From Vicinamibacterales bacterium (GTDB lineage Bacteria; Acidobacteriota; Vicinamibacteria; Vicinamibacterales; 2-12-FULL-66-21), in assembly GCA_036258175.1 (NCBI GenBank), contig DATAEE010000083.1:27752-91751 (forward strand): DNA of 64,000 bases. The letters run 5' to 3'. The notes below the pieces were generated by a model. That model searched no databases, was not told the origin of the DNA, and saw only the letters and a program-made list of their open reading frames with translations. A program made the translations under genes and the position numbers. Below, in pieces: positions 1 through 8,004 of the stretch (the stretch's first letter is position 1; every line of letters begins with the position of its first letter).

Positions 1-535
1 CGAAGACGGTTGCTTCCACGACCTGCACGCCGATGAAGTGAAAGTTGGGTCCTGTATTCGTGAACCCGCACACGACATCGTCTCGCACGACGACCCCTCC
101 ATAGTACTCGGGACGCGGGTTCGGTATGAGCGCCATCGTAACGAGCGCGCCCGAACGCTCGTGCGCTTCGACGACCGCGGAGAGGGGTACATCAGTCAGC
201 GTGTCACCGTTGATGACCAGAAACCGATCGGTCTCCAGGATCGACAGAGCCTTGCGCGGGCCACCGGCGGATCCGAGCAAGGGCTGTTCCCAGGAGTAGC
301 GCACACGCAGACCGGTTCCGCCGCCGTCGCCGATCTCGCGCGCAATCGTTTCGGGACGATAGTGCAGATTGAGGACAGCCTCGGTGACACCGCTCGCGGC
401 CAGCCACCGCAGGATACGAACGGCAAGCGGAACACCCGCCACGGGCAGCGCTGCCTTTGCGCGCGCGAGGCTGAGGGGACGTAGGCGGGTACCGAGACCG
501 GCCGTGAGGACCAGGGCGCGATCGACGCCGGTCAA
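1..535 (-). CDS. NDP-sugar pyrophosphorylase-type nucleotidyltransferase (5' part only; gene continues past the window start)
   Basis: My own minus-strand translation from TTG at 535-533 gives (M)TGVDRALVLTAGLGTRLRPLSLARAKAALPVAG...VINGDTLTDVP. LTAGLGTRLRPLS is the G-x-G-T-R-x-x-P signature of sugar-1-phosphate nucleotidyltransferases. The gene is missing from the ORF track because it runs off the edge. It has a TTGA start/stop overlap with the upstream CYTH gene. Confidence 0.7.
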   Translation of the reverse strand, partial: MTGVDRALVLTAGLGTRLRPLSLARAKAALPVAGVPLAVRILRWLAASGVTEAVLNLHYRPETIAREIGDGGGTGLRVRYSWEQPLLGSAGGPRKALSILETDRFLVINGDTLTDVPLSAVVEAHERSGALVTMALIPNPRPEYYGGVVVRDDVVCGFTNTGPNFHFIGVQVVEATVF

Positions 536-1092
536 ATGTCCTCGAAGATCATGTCCCGGCCCGTCAGGCCGAACGCCACGCGCTCGGTGAGGAAGAGCGC
601 GCGATACGAATCGAGGATGTAATCCGATGGCCCGCGTCCCACCGCTTCCGCCATTGCCGCGATGCCACGTTCGCTGCCTTCGATCTCGACGTACGTTCCA
701 ACGGGAGTCTCGTCGATCGCGACGATCACATCCTCGTGCGAGTACTCCTCCCGGTACTTCTGATAGCGGAACCAGACGTGGAAGCCTGATTCTTCGAGCA
801 CTCTCAGCAGGACCTCGCCGTCGGCGACAACCGTTTCTAACTCTTCGCGCACTTTCATCGCGGAGGGTTCGACCGGCCCTTTGAAGGTGAGGCGGCTCTT
901 GCCGTTCTCGAGCCGCACACGCAATACGCAGCGCCGCCGACGCAACGACTCGTCGTCGGTGTCCAGGAGATGGTCGTCCTGCAAACGGCGGCCGCGAAGA
1001 GGTGTGGCGCCTGCCGCCTCGATCGCCGCTCGTGCCTCGTCGGGGGAGCCGAACCGGAGCTTGATCTCCCGTTCGATGCTCGTGCTCAGCAT
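532..1092 (-). CDS. CYTH-domain protein (class IV adenylate cyclase / triphosphatase-like)
   Basis: ORF 532..1155 trimmed to the ATG at 1092, which has GGAGG just upstream. MLSTSIEREIKLRF... with the EREIK start and ~186 aa size fits the CYTH fold. Confidence 0.7.
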   Translation of the reverse strand: MLSTSIEREIKLRFGSPDEARAAIEAAGATPLRGRRLQDDHLLDTDDESLRRRRCVLRVRLENGKSRLTFKGPVEPSAMKVREELETVVADGEVLLRVLEESGFHVWFRYQKYREEYSHEDVIVAIDETPVGTYVEIEGSERGIAAMAEAVGRGPSDYILDSYRALFLTERVAFGLTGRDMIFEDI

Positions 1093-1161
1093 GGGAGCCT
1101 CCGTGTCGACGCGACGAAAGCGCGCATTATATGCCGGCGATTTCCGGAGATGCACGCTGAT

Positions 1162-2037
1162 TCAAACAGCTTCAACCGTAGATCGCGGCAGATACACGCT
1201 GACGAGCGGGCGCGGCGACTCGGCGAGTCGGCCACGCCAGAGCCAGTGGCGAACGAACACATACATCGTGAAGTACTCGAGGGCAAATGCCGGAAAACCC
1301 AGATAGCCAAGCACAGGCATCTCGAAAATCTTGACGTCGGGCAGAATGGGCACATTGTAGACCCATCGGGCACGCGCCCAATAATTCCAGAACTCCCACA
1401 GAAACCCACAGATGAGCCCGGAGAGCATGAGCGAACCGGCGCGCGTCGGCCATAAGCCTGCTCGCCCTGCAAAAAGCCAGTCGGCGCCGAGCCGCGCGTT
1501 GATCGGATCGAGCAGAAAGATGAAGCCGGGCCAGACAGGCGCGGCCAACCATGGACTTGGCCAGATAAACGGGAGGATGAGCATGACCAGGCCGACCGCT
1601 ATCGATGCCATCTGGGCCGAAGACATCCGTGGCGCCGGCAGCTGGCGGCGGTCCGTCTCCGGCGCACGGAGGGTCGCAGCGAGATCGGCGGTCTCGAAGA
1701 TGGCCGGCGAGATCGTCGCGAACGCCGCCCACGCGTCCCCGAAGTACCTCAGAGGCGGGTCGGGCAGGTTCAGGTAGTCCCAGCTGTCGATGAAGGGGTT
1801 GTAGCACTCGAACACGAGCCAGAGCGGAATCGACAGGATCGCGAGGAACGCGAACTCGGCGGGGGCGCTGCGGATCCACGACGAACCACAGCGATTCCAG
1901 ACGATGGCGTCGACGAGCAGAATGTAGGCGGTCCAGGCGACTGCCGTGTGCCACGTCCAGAACGGCTCGATGCGCGCGAGCGTCCCCGCCTCCGATACGA
2001 GAAGTACAGCGAGTCCGACCCAGCCGTAGAGTGGCAT
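1162..2037 (-). CDS. Polytopic integral membrane protein, family not recognised
   Basis: ORF 1162..2322 trimmed to the ATG at 2037, which forms an ATGA overlap with the stop of the upstream gene. About 291 aa with multiple hydrophobic, Trp/Phe-rich segments (WLVFECYNPF, LWEFWNYWARARW). Confidence 0.55.
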   Translation of the reverse strand: MPLYGWVGLAVLLVSEAGTLARIEPFWTWHTAVAWTAYILLVDAIVWNRCGSSWIRSAPAEFAFLAILSIPLWLVFECYNPFIDSWDYLNLPDPPLRYFGDAWAAFATISPAIFETADLAATLRAPETDRRQLPAPRMSSAQMASIAVGLVMLILPFIWPSPWLAAPVWPGFIFLLDPINARLGADWLFAGRAGLWPTRAGSLMLSGLICGFLWEFWNYWARARWVYNVPILPDVKIFEMPVLGYLGFPAFALEYFTMYVFVRHWLWRGRLAESPRPLVSVYLPRSTVEAV

Positions 2038-3230
2038 CACGTGACGCGCACGCGGTAGGAGAGACCCTTGAGCGAAGGCTGCCCGACGCCCTTGCTGAAG
2101 ATCATCACTTTGTGCGTGCTGCCGAGACCGCCGGGAAGCATGAGGGTCTTCGCCTGGTTGGTCCTCTCTACTCCTGCACGCTCCAGCAAGCCGAGACCGA
2201 GAAGGAAGTAGGTTTGATCGGTTATGCCGAGAGTAGTGAAGCCGGCGCGCTCGGCTGAGAGCCTTACGGCCGTCAGGTCGACGTGGGACGTGATATCGCG
2301 CTCGCCCGGGTCGCGCAGCCAATCAGAAGTCTGAGACGCGGCTCGATGGCTGGCAAACGTCGTCAACGTTCCGGTCGCGTGGCTGCCTGAATAAAGCTCG
2401 CGCGCCTCATGCCCGTAGTCGATGAGCACGAGAAACCCGCGCTCGATTCTCCGACCGGCCGTCGCTATCCAATCATCCGCGGCCAGATTGATCTCAGCGC
2501 GGCCGCCTGCTTGGAGAGCGATGCCTCCGCGATCGAGATGGGCCTGAAGGGCCGGTGTCGACGGCGCGGCTTCGATCTCGACCAGGGTTCCGTTCTGATC
2601 GGCAACAAAGATTTCTTTCAATCCCTCCTGGCGCATGACGACGACGTGGACAGGGAAGGCGTCGAGCAGCTCGTTGGCATAGACGACCCCTACTGTGCAG
2701 TCCGGCAGTTCAGCGAGGGTCGATGATTCGGAGCGCGCGTCCTCGCGAAGTTGTCGCGCGTGATGCTGGAGGGTCTCCGCTTGCGTGCCGGTCGCCGTGC
2801 CACTGCGGTCGACGAGCGTCATCCGCGTCCGCTCGTAGAGATCGGGCCGCTCGCGCTGGAGTGCGTCCAGTACGTCGCGCGCGAGGCGGCCGTCACCCGC
2901 TGCCGCCTCGACGAGATCCAGCGGGGCCTGGGGCTTAGGGCCTGGGGCTTGGCAATCGCCGCTCAGACTGTCGAAGCACTCTGCAATCTGGACCGCCAGC
3001 AATTCTCCGAAGAGCGAGCCCACGTCGACGCTCGTGTAGAAATCGCCGCCTCGGCCGGACCGCCGGCCGGCACGCGTGTAGTAGCCATATTCAGGGTGAT
3101 ACAGGGCGAGTTCGATGAACGCAGCGGCGGTGATTGGGCCGTCCGTGCGAATGCGATCGCGGACGAGAGAGAGGAGCGAGTTGCACCTCAGTGCTGAATG
3201 CTGAGCGCTGAATGCTGAGTGAACGGCCAC
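2037..3230 (-). CDS. Class I SAM-dependent methyltransferase, MidA/NDUFAF7 (DUF185) family
   Basis: GPITAAAFIELALYHPEYGYYTRAG...GDFYTSVDVGSLFGELLA is the typical MidA N-terminus. The start is uncertain because ATG 3230 sits inside a perfect hairpin (3207-3242). Confidence 0.8.
   Translation of the reverse strand: MAVHSAFSAQHSALRCNSLLSLVRDRIRTDGPITAAAFIELALYHPEYGYYTRAGRRSGRGGDFYTSVDVGSLFGELLAVQIAECFDSLSGDCQAPGPKPQAPLDLVEAAAGDGRLARDVLDALQRERPDLYERTRMTLVDRSGTATGTQAETLQHHARQLREDARSESSTLAELPDCTVGVVYANELLDAFPVHVVVMRQEGLKEIFVADQNGTLVEIEAAPSTPALQAHLDRGGIALQAGGRAEINLAADDWIATAGRRIERGFLVLIDYGHEARELYSGSHATGTLTTFASHRAASQTSDWLRDPGERDITSHVDLTAVRLSAERAGFTTLGITDQTYFLLGLGLLERAGVERTNQAKTLMLPGGLGSTHKVMIFSKGVGQPSLKGLSYRVRVT
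2922..2953. repeat. In-CDS tandem duplication (gggcctggggctt x2) encoding QAPGPKPQAP
   Basis: Read directly: cggggcctggggcttagggcctggggcttggc. The first 21 nt are 19/21 identical to 16253-16273 in an unrelated gene. Confidence 0.8.
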
Positions 3231-3259
3231 TCAGCATTCAGCATCTCAGATTCAGCAGT
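3191..3259. repeat. Compound palindromic element with a GAATGCTGA/TCAGCATTC core
   Basis: Perfect 15-bp stem gctgaatgctgagtg (3207-3221) pairs with cactcagcattcagc (3228-3242) across a 6-nt loop. It is flanked by a second imperfect arm pair (3191-3205 and 3244-3259). It lies between the HtrA stop and the MidA start. Confidence 0.85.
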
Positions 3260-3262
3260 GAT

Positions 3263-4828
3263 TTACGGCTTGGTGATCGTCAGGAACACTTCCTGACCGT
3301 CGCCGGTCCGCCCACGGCGCCAGACGAGCAACGACGCCGTATCACCCGAGCGAATGCTCTGCAGCTCGCGGCGAACATCGGTCGCGCTGGACACTGGCCG
3401 AGTGTTCACCTGAAGGATGATGTCCCCCTCGACCACGTTCCCGGCTTCCGCCGCGCTGCCGCGATCGACCGATGTAACGAGCGCGCCGGAGAGGTCCGAC
3501 GGCAGTCTAAACCGCCGGATGGCCTCGGCGCTGAGCGGCGTCAGCTCCATCCCGAAGCCGGTCTCGATCGTTTCTTCGGTGCTTTCGGGCTCCTCGGTCG
3601 TTCGAGCGCCCTGCTCCTCGTCGAGATCCAGTTCCTCAACGGTGACGTTAAGCGATTGCGTCTGGCCTTTCCGCACAACCTTTAGGGGCACCGTCGTGCC
3701 CGGCTTCGTCCGCACGACCTGATTGACGAGGTCGGAACTGTCCTTCACCGGCTTACCGTTGTATTCCATGATCACGTCGCCCGGCTTGAGACCGGCCGAG
3801 TCCGCAGGACCCGCCTTGGTGACGGTCGTGATGAGCGCGCCCTCGCGCCGCGGGAGGCCGAGCGCCCGAGCCTGGCTCTCGGTGAACTGCCGCGAGTTGA
3901 CCTGCACGCCGATGCGGCCGCGCGTGATCTTCCCGGTACGAAGCTGCGGCAGCAGCTCGCGCACGAGGTTAATCGGCGTGGCGAACCCAATCCCGATGTT
4001 CGCAGACCGCTGATCCGTAAAGATAGCCGTGTTGATGCCGACGACCTCGCCGCGGACGTTGAGCAGCGGGCCGCCAGAATTGCCAGGGTTGATCGCCGCG
4101 TCCGTCTGGATCATCGGCTGTTCGCGCTGTGCGACGCCGCTGCCAGGTACCTGGCGCCCTAGAGCGCTGACGACGCCTACCGTGACGGTGTGGGACAGGT
4201 TGAACGGGTTCCCGATGGCCATGACCCAGTCACCCGGCTGCAGCTGGTCCGAGTCGCCGAACTTGACGACTGGCAGTGCCTCGCTCGGCTTTTCCGAGAG
4301 CTGAATCAGCGCGCTGTCAGTAATCGGGTCTCGCCCGACTACCTTGGCGTCATAGATGTCGCCGTTCGAGTTGAAGAGCGCGACCCGGATCCGATCCGCG
4401 CCTTCCACGACGTGGTTATTCGTCAGGATGAATCCATCCTTGTCGACAATGAACCCCGTGCCGGCGCCCTCGCTGAACTGTTCGGGTGGCTGACGCCGGC
4501 GGGTGTCCGGGCCCGGCTGCGCGCGGCCGCCGCCAAAGAAGCGCTCCATGAAGTCGTCGCCGCCGAAGAACTCGGTCAGCTCGCGCGTGCGCCGGCGCGC
4601 CTCGGTCCGGATGTTCACGACGGCCGGACTCTGCGCCTTCGCGATGTTCCGGAACGTCGCGGCATCGACCGGCCCGGCCAGCGGCGCGCTGTTCGCCGGC
4701 GGAAGCGAGACCGTCTGCGCCGAGGAGGACGACGACATGTCGAGGCGGGACGCGATGACCATCCCGACCGCGATCGATGCGATGACTATGAGAACTGTGT
4801 AGAAGAGAGTTGTTTTCTTCGTTGACAT
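3263..4828 (-). CDS. htrA: HtrA/DegP/DegQ-family periplasmic serine endoprotease with two PDZ domains
   Basis: N-terminal TM/signal segment. Catalytic-triad contexts are TNNHVV (His), DSALIQL (Asp) and GNSGGPLLN (Ser). Two PDZ-like C-terminal segments are present. Confidence 0.9.
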   Translation of the reverse strand: MSTKKTTLFYTVLIVIASIAVGMVIASRLDMSSSSSAQTVSLPPANSAPLAGPVDAATFRNIAKAQSPAVVNIRTEARRRTRELTEFFGGDDFMERFFGGGRAQPGPDTRRRQPPEQFSEGAGTGFIVDKDGFILTNNHVVEGADRIRVALFNSNGDIYDAKVVGRDPITDSALIQLSEKPSEALPVVKFGDSDQLQPGDWVMAIGNPFNLSHTVTVGVVSALGRQVPGSGVAQREQPMIQTDAAINPGNSGGPLLNVRGEVVGINTAIFTDQRSANIGIGFATPINLVRELLPQLRTGKITRGRIGVQVNSRQFTESQARALGLPRREGALITTVTKAGPADSAGLKPGDVIMEYNGKPVKDSSDLVNQVVRTKPGTTVPLKVVRKGQTQSLNVTVEELDLDEEQGARTTEEPESTEETIETGFGMELTPLSAEAIRRFRLPSDLSGALVTSVDRGSAAEAGNVVEGDIILQVNTRPVSSATDVRRELQSIRSGDTASLLVWRRGRTGDGQEVFLTITKP

Positions 4829-4850
4829 ACCGTTGTTCTTCCTTAAAGCG

Positions 4851-4880
4851 CTTGACGCGTTTGTCTGCTCATTCGTTCCT
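4851..4880 (-). promoter_or_regulatory. Possible ECF (sigma-E-like) promoter for htrA
   Basis: The minus strand reads aGGAACgaatgagcagacaaacgcgTCAAg, followed by an AAGGAAG RBS and ATG 4828. This resembles GGAAC-N18-TCAA but the spacer is one nt longer than the E. coli consensus. Motif-only call. Confidence 0.3.
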
Positions 4881-6060
4881 AAACGGTCACGATCTCGGTT
4901 TGAGCCGGTCCGGTGACGGTGGCCTCGCCATCGCCGTAATAGATATTGACTTCAGTCCGTACGCCGAAGCGATCGAAATACACTCCGGGTTCTATCGTGA
5001 AACCGGTGCCCGGAAGCAATCGACGGTCGTCGTGGGTTTCGTAATCGTCCATGTGGACGCCGTTGCCGTGGACGGTCCCGCCGAGGCTGTGTCCGGTCCG
5101 ATGGATGAACGCTTTTCCGTAGCCGGCGCGCTCGATGACCTCTCGCGCCGCCCGATCGACCTGCCATCCGCGCAGGTCCCGCCGCTCGCGAGCCGAGGCC
5201 TGGACGAGCTGGATCGCGGCGTCCCGTCCGTCGCGAATCGCGCCGAACGCGCTGCTGAACTCAGCCGGCACAGACGAGCCGGTGAACCCCACCCACGTGA
5301 TGTCCGCAAAGACCGCGCCATCCGTCGGAAGCTTTCCCCATAGATCGAGCAGCACTAGCTCATTGGCGCGAATGACACGGTGCGCCTCTGGCGACGGCAG
5401 GTAATGCGGGCTCCCCGCATTCTCCATCGCCGCGACGACGGGCGGCGAATCGGTTACCAGTTCCTCGTCGGAAAACCACTCCATCATCTTCTGCTGCAGC
5501 TCGTATTCGTCCCATGCGCCGCGCTCGCGCATGGTCGACCGGAGGGCTTCGAACGCGCGGTCCTTGATTCGATACAGCCGCTCGGATGCCGCGCGATGCG
5601 ACGCCAGTGCCTCGGCGCTCCATGACGCCTCGAAACGCTGCACGAGATCGCCCGATGACACGATGTCGACGCCGAGCGACCGCACCGCCTCGAACGTGCC
5701 CGCGTCCACCCGCGACACGTACGGGATAGCGCCCTGCGGTGAATACTCCATGGCGACGCGCTGGCAGCCGTCGAGCAGGCGCCGCAGGCCCGCTTCGAGC
5801 TCGCGGCGGCCAGCATACGCTTCCTTTGTCCCCGGAAGCCCGTCGAGATTATGACGCTCGATCGCGTGAACCAGTCCGCGCGGCGCCCCGGAAGCTGGGA
5901 TCAGGTAGTACCAGCGGCGCGTCGTCAACTTGCCCGACGAGCCCGCCAGGCCGGCTAACGTGGCCGCGATGGGGTTCGATCCGTGGAAATCGTAAAGCAG
6001 CCAACCGTCCAGTCTGTCGGCCGCGAGCGCGCGCTGGACGGCAGGGACGTCGAACAGCAT
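4879..6060 (-). CDS. M24-family metallopeptidase (Xaa-Pro aminopeptidase-like)
   Basis: ORF 4879..6444 trimmed to the ATG at 6060 (MLFDVPAVQRAL...). C-terminal pita-bread motifs are HRTGHSLG and FTIEPGVY. The upstream 128 codons are Arg/Ser-rich and overlap the divergent archease region. Confidence 0.85.
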   Translation of the reverse strand: MLFDVPAVQRALAADRLDGWLLYDFHGSNPIAATLAGLAGSSGKLTTRRWYYLIPASGAPRGLVHAIERHNLDGLPGTKEAYAGRRELEAGLRRLLDGCQRVAMEYSPQGAIPYVSRVDAGTFEAVRSLGVDIVSSGDLVQRFEASWSAEALASHRAASERLYRIKDRAFEALRSTMRERGAWDEYELQQKMMEWFSDEELVTDSPPVVAAMENAGSPHYLPSPEAHRVIRANELVLLDLWGKLPTDGAVFADITWVGFTGSSVPAEFSSAFGAIRDGRDAAIQLVQASARERRDLRGWQVDRAAREVIERAGYGKAFIHRTGHSLGGTVHGNGVHMDDYETHDDRRLLPGTGFTIEPGVYFDRFGVRTEVNIYYGDGEATVTGPAQTEIVTV

Positions 6061-6100
6061 CCTACGAGTATAAATAAGACGCGGGAGATCGGAGGAAAGT

Positions 6101-6532
6101 TTGACGCCGCAAGGGTTTACGTTCGTGGACCATACCGCCGACGTGGCCGTCCGCCTGCGTGGCGCGACGCTCGATGATCTCTTCGCGGCCGCCGCCGGCG
6201 CGCTGACGGCGGTGATCACGGTGCCGGAGGCCGTGGTGCCGAGACGCTCGTTCACGGTCGCGCTCGAAGCGTCCGACCTCGAGCTCCTGCTCGTCGACTG
6301 GGTGGGGGAACTGTTGTATCGGTTCGAGACCGAGCAGCTGCTGGTCGCGACCGCGCAGGCCCGCCTCGCGGAGCAAGGCGGGCGGTGGCGCGTCAATGCC
6401 GAGATCTCCGGTGAAACGCGCGATCCGGCACGCCATCCGATCAAAGTCCTCGTGAAGGCGGTGACGTTTCACGGGCTTCGGATCGAGCGTGGCCCGGATG
6501 GCTACGAGACGTTGCTCGTGTTTGATATTTGA
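6101..6532 (+). CDS. Archease (RtcB activator)
   Basis: 143 aa. FVDHTADVAVRLRG near the N-terminus and KAVTFHGLRI near the C-terminus are typical of archease. The gene sits directly upstream of rtcB. Confidence 0.85.
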   Translation: MTPQGFTFVDHTADVAVRLRGATLDDLFAAAAGALTAVITVPEAVVPRRSFTVALEASDLELLLVDWVGELLYRFETEQLLVATAQARLAEQGGRWRVNAEISGETRDPARHPIKVLVKAVTFHGLRIERGPDGYETLLVFDI

Positions 6533-6540
6533 CGTTCGAC

Positions 6541-7977
6541 ATGAAGCTCGAGCGCATCGACAAGCATCGCTGGCGGATCCCAAGAAGCGGGGGCATGCTC
6601 GTCGACGGCATCGTCTACGCCGACGCGGAAATGATCGCCGACCTGCAGAACGATCAAAGCCTCGAGCAGGTCCGAAACGTTGCGCACCTGCCTGGCATCC
6701 TCGGCTCGTCGCTCGCGATGCCGGATATTCACTGGGGATATGGATTCCCGATCGGCGGTGTCGCCGGCATGGACGCCGAGGACGGCGTCGTCTCGCCCGG
6801 GGGCGTCGGCTACGACATCAACTGCGGCGTTCGATTGATGGCCTCCACGCTGTGCCGCGAGGAGGTGTCCCCGCAGCTACGCGAGATCGTGACGCATCTG
6901 TTCAACAACGTCCCGACCGGCGTGGGAGAAGGACGCCGCGACTTGCGGCTGAGCGACGACGATATGCGTGGCGTGCTTTCACAGGGCGCCGCGTGGGCGA
7001 TCAAGCGTGGTCTCGGGGAGGCAGATGACCTCGACCGGATCGAGGAGCGTGGCGCGCTGCCAAACGCCGACCCGAATCTCGTTTCGGCCCGCGCGCGACA
7101 GCGCGGCGCCACGCAGCTCGGCTCGCTGGGATCGGGAAATCACTTTCTCGAAGTGCAGTACGTCGCCGAGATCTACGACGAGCCGGTCGCCGCGGCGTTC
7201 GGCTTGTTCAAGGATCAAATCACAGTGATGATCCACAGCGGCTCGCGCGGGCTCGGGCACCAGGTCTGCCAGGAGCACCTGCGCGTAATGGTCGACGCTG
7301 CGCGCTTCTACGGCATCAACCTGCCGGATCGCCAACTGTGCTGCGCGCCGATCCGATCGCCCGAAGGGCGCGCGTACCTCGGGGCGATGGCGGCAGCTGC
7401 CAACTTCGCCTTTGCCAACCGCCAGGTGATGAGCCACTGGGCGCGCGAATCGATCGCGGCGGCGCTTGGCGTAGCCCCCGGCCGCACGGGGTTCCGCGTC
7501 GTCTACGACGTCTGCCACAACATCGCGAAATTCGAGACGTTTCAGATTGACGGGAAAGAGCGGCGTGTCTGCGTGCACCGCAAAGGCTCGACCCGGGCGT
7601 ACCCGGCGGGACATCCGCAGACGCCGGCGCCGTACCGTGACGTCGGACAGCCGGTGCTGATTCCTGGCGACATGGGGCGCTATTCCTACGTGCTCGTGGG
7701 AACGGAAAAGGCCCACGCGCAGACCTTTGGGTCGACCTGCCATGGCGCCGGACGGAAGATGAGCCGCAGACAGGCCAAACGGGCCGTCCGCGGCCGGGAT
7801 CTCATCGAGGATCTCGAGCGGCGCGGGATCTACATTCGCGCCGCGGGGATGGCGACGATCGCCGAGGAGATGCCAGAAGCCTACAAGGACGTTGCCGATG
7901 TCGTTCGTATCGTGCACGAGGCCGGGCTCAGCACGAGGGTTGCTCAGCTACGGCCTATCGGGGTTATAAAGGGATAG
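6541..7977 (+). CDS. rtcB: RNA-splicing ligase RtcB
   Basis: MKLERIDKHRWRIP start, with GYDINCGVR, GSGNHFLEVQ and HSGSRGLGHQ motifs. I chose the ATG at 6541 over the TTG at 6529. Confidence 0.92.
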   Translation: MKLERIDKHRWRIPRSGGMLVDGIVYADAEMIADLQNDQSLEQVRNVAHLPGILGSSLAMPDIHWGYGFPIGGVAGMDAEDGVVSPGGVGYDINCGVRLMASTLCREEVSPQLREIVTHLFNNVPTGVGEGRRDLRLSDDDMRGVLSQGAAWAIKRGLGEADDLDRIEERGALPNADPNLVSARARQRGATQLGSLGSGNHFLEVQYVAEIYDEPVAAAFGLFKDQITVMIHSGSRGLGHQVCQEHLRVMVDAARFYGINLPDRQLCCAPIRSPEGRAYLGAMAAAANFAFANRQVMSHWARESIAAALGVAPGRTGFRVVYDVCHNIAKFETFQIDGKERRVCVHRKGSTRAYPAGHPQTPAPYRDVGQPVLIPGDMGRYSYVLVGTEKAHAQTFGSTCHGAGRKMSRRQAKRAVRGRDLIEDLERRGIYIRAAGMATIAEEMPEAYKDVADVVRIVHEAGLSTRVAQLRPIGVIKG

Positions 7978-8004
7978 CCAGGCCTGCCTGACAGATCGAC
8001 ACCT

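Noticed and set aside
6541-7977. Intein or insertion in RtcB
   Set aside because: The length (478 aa) and the contiguous conserved motifs fit an uninterrupted RtcB.
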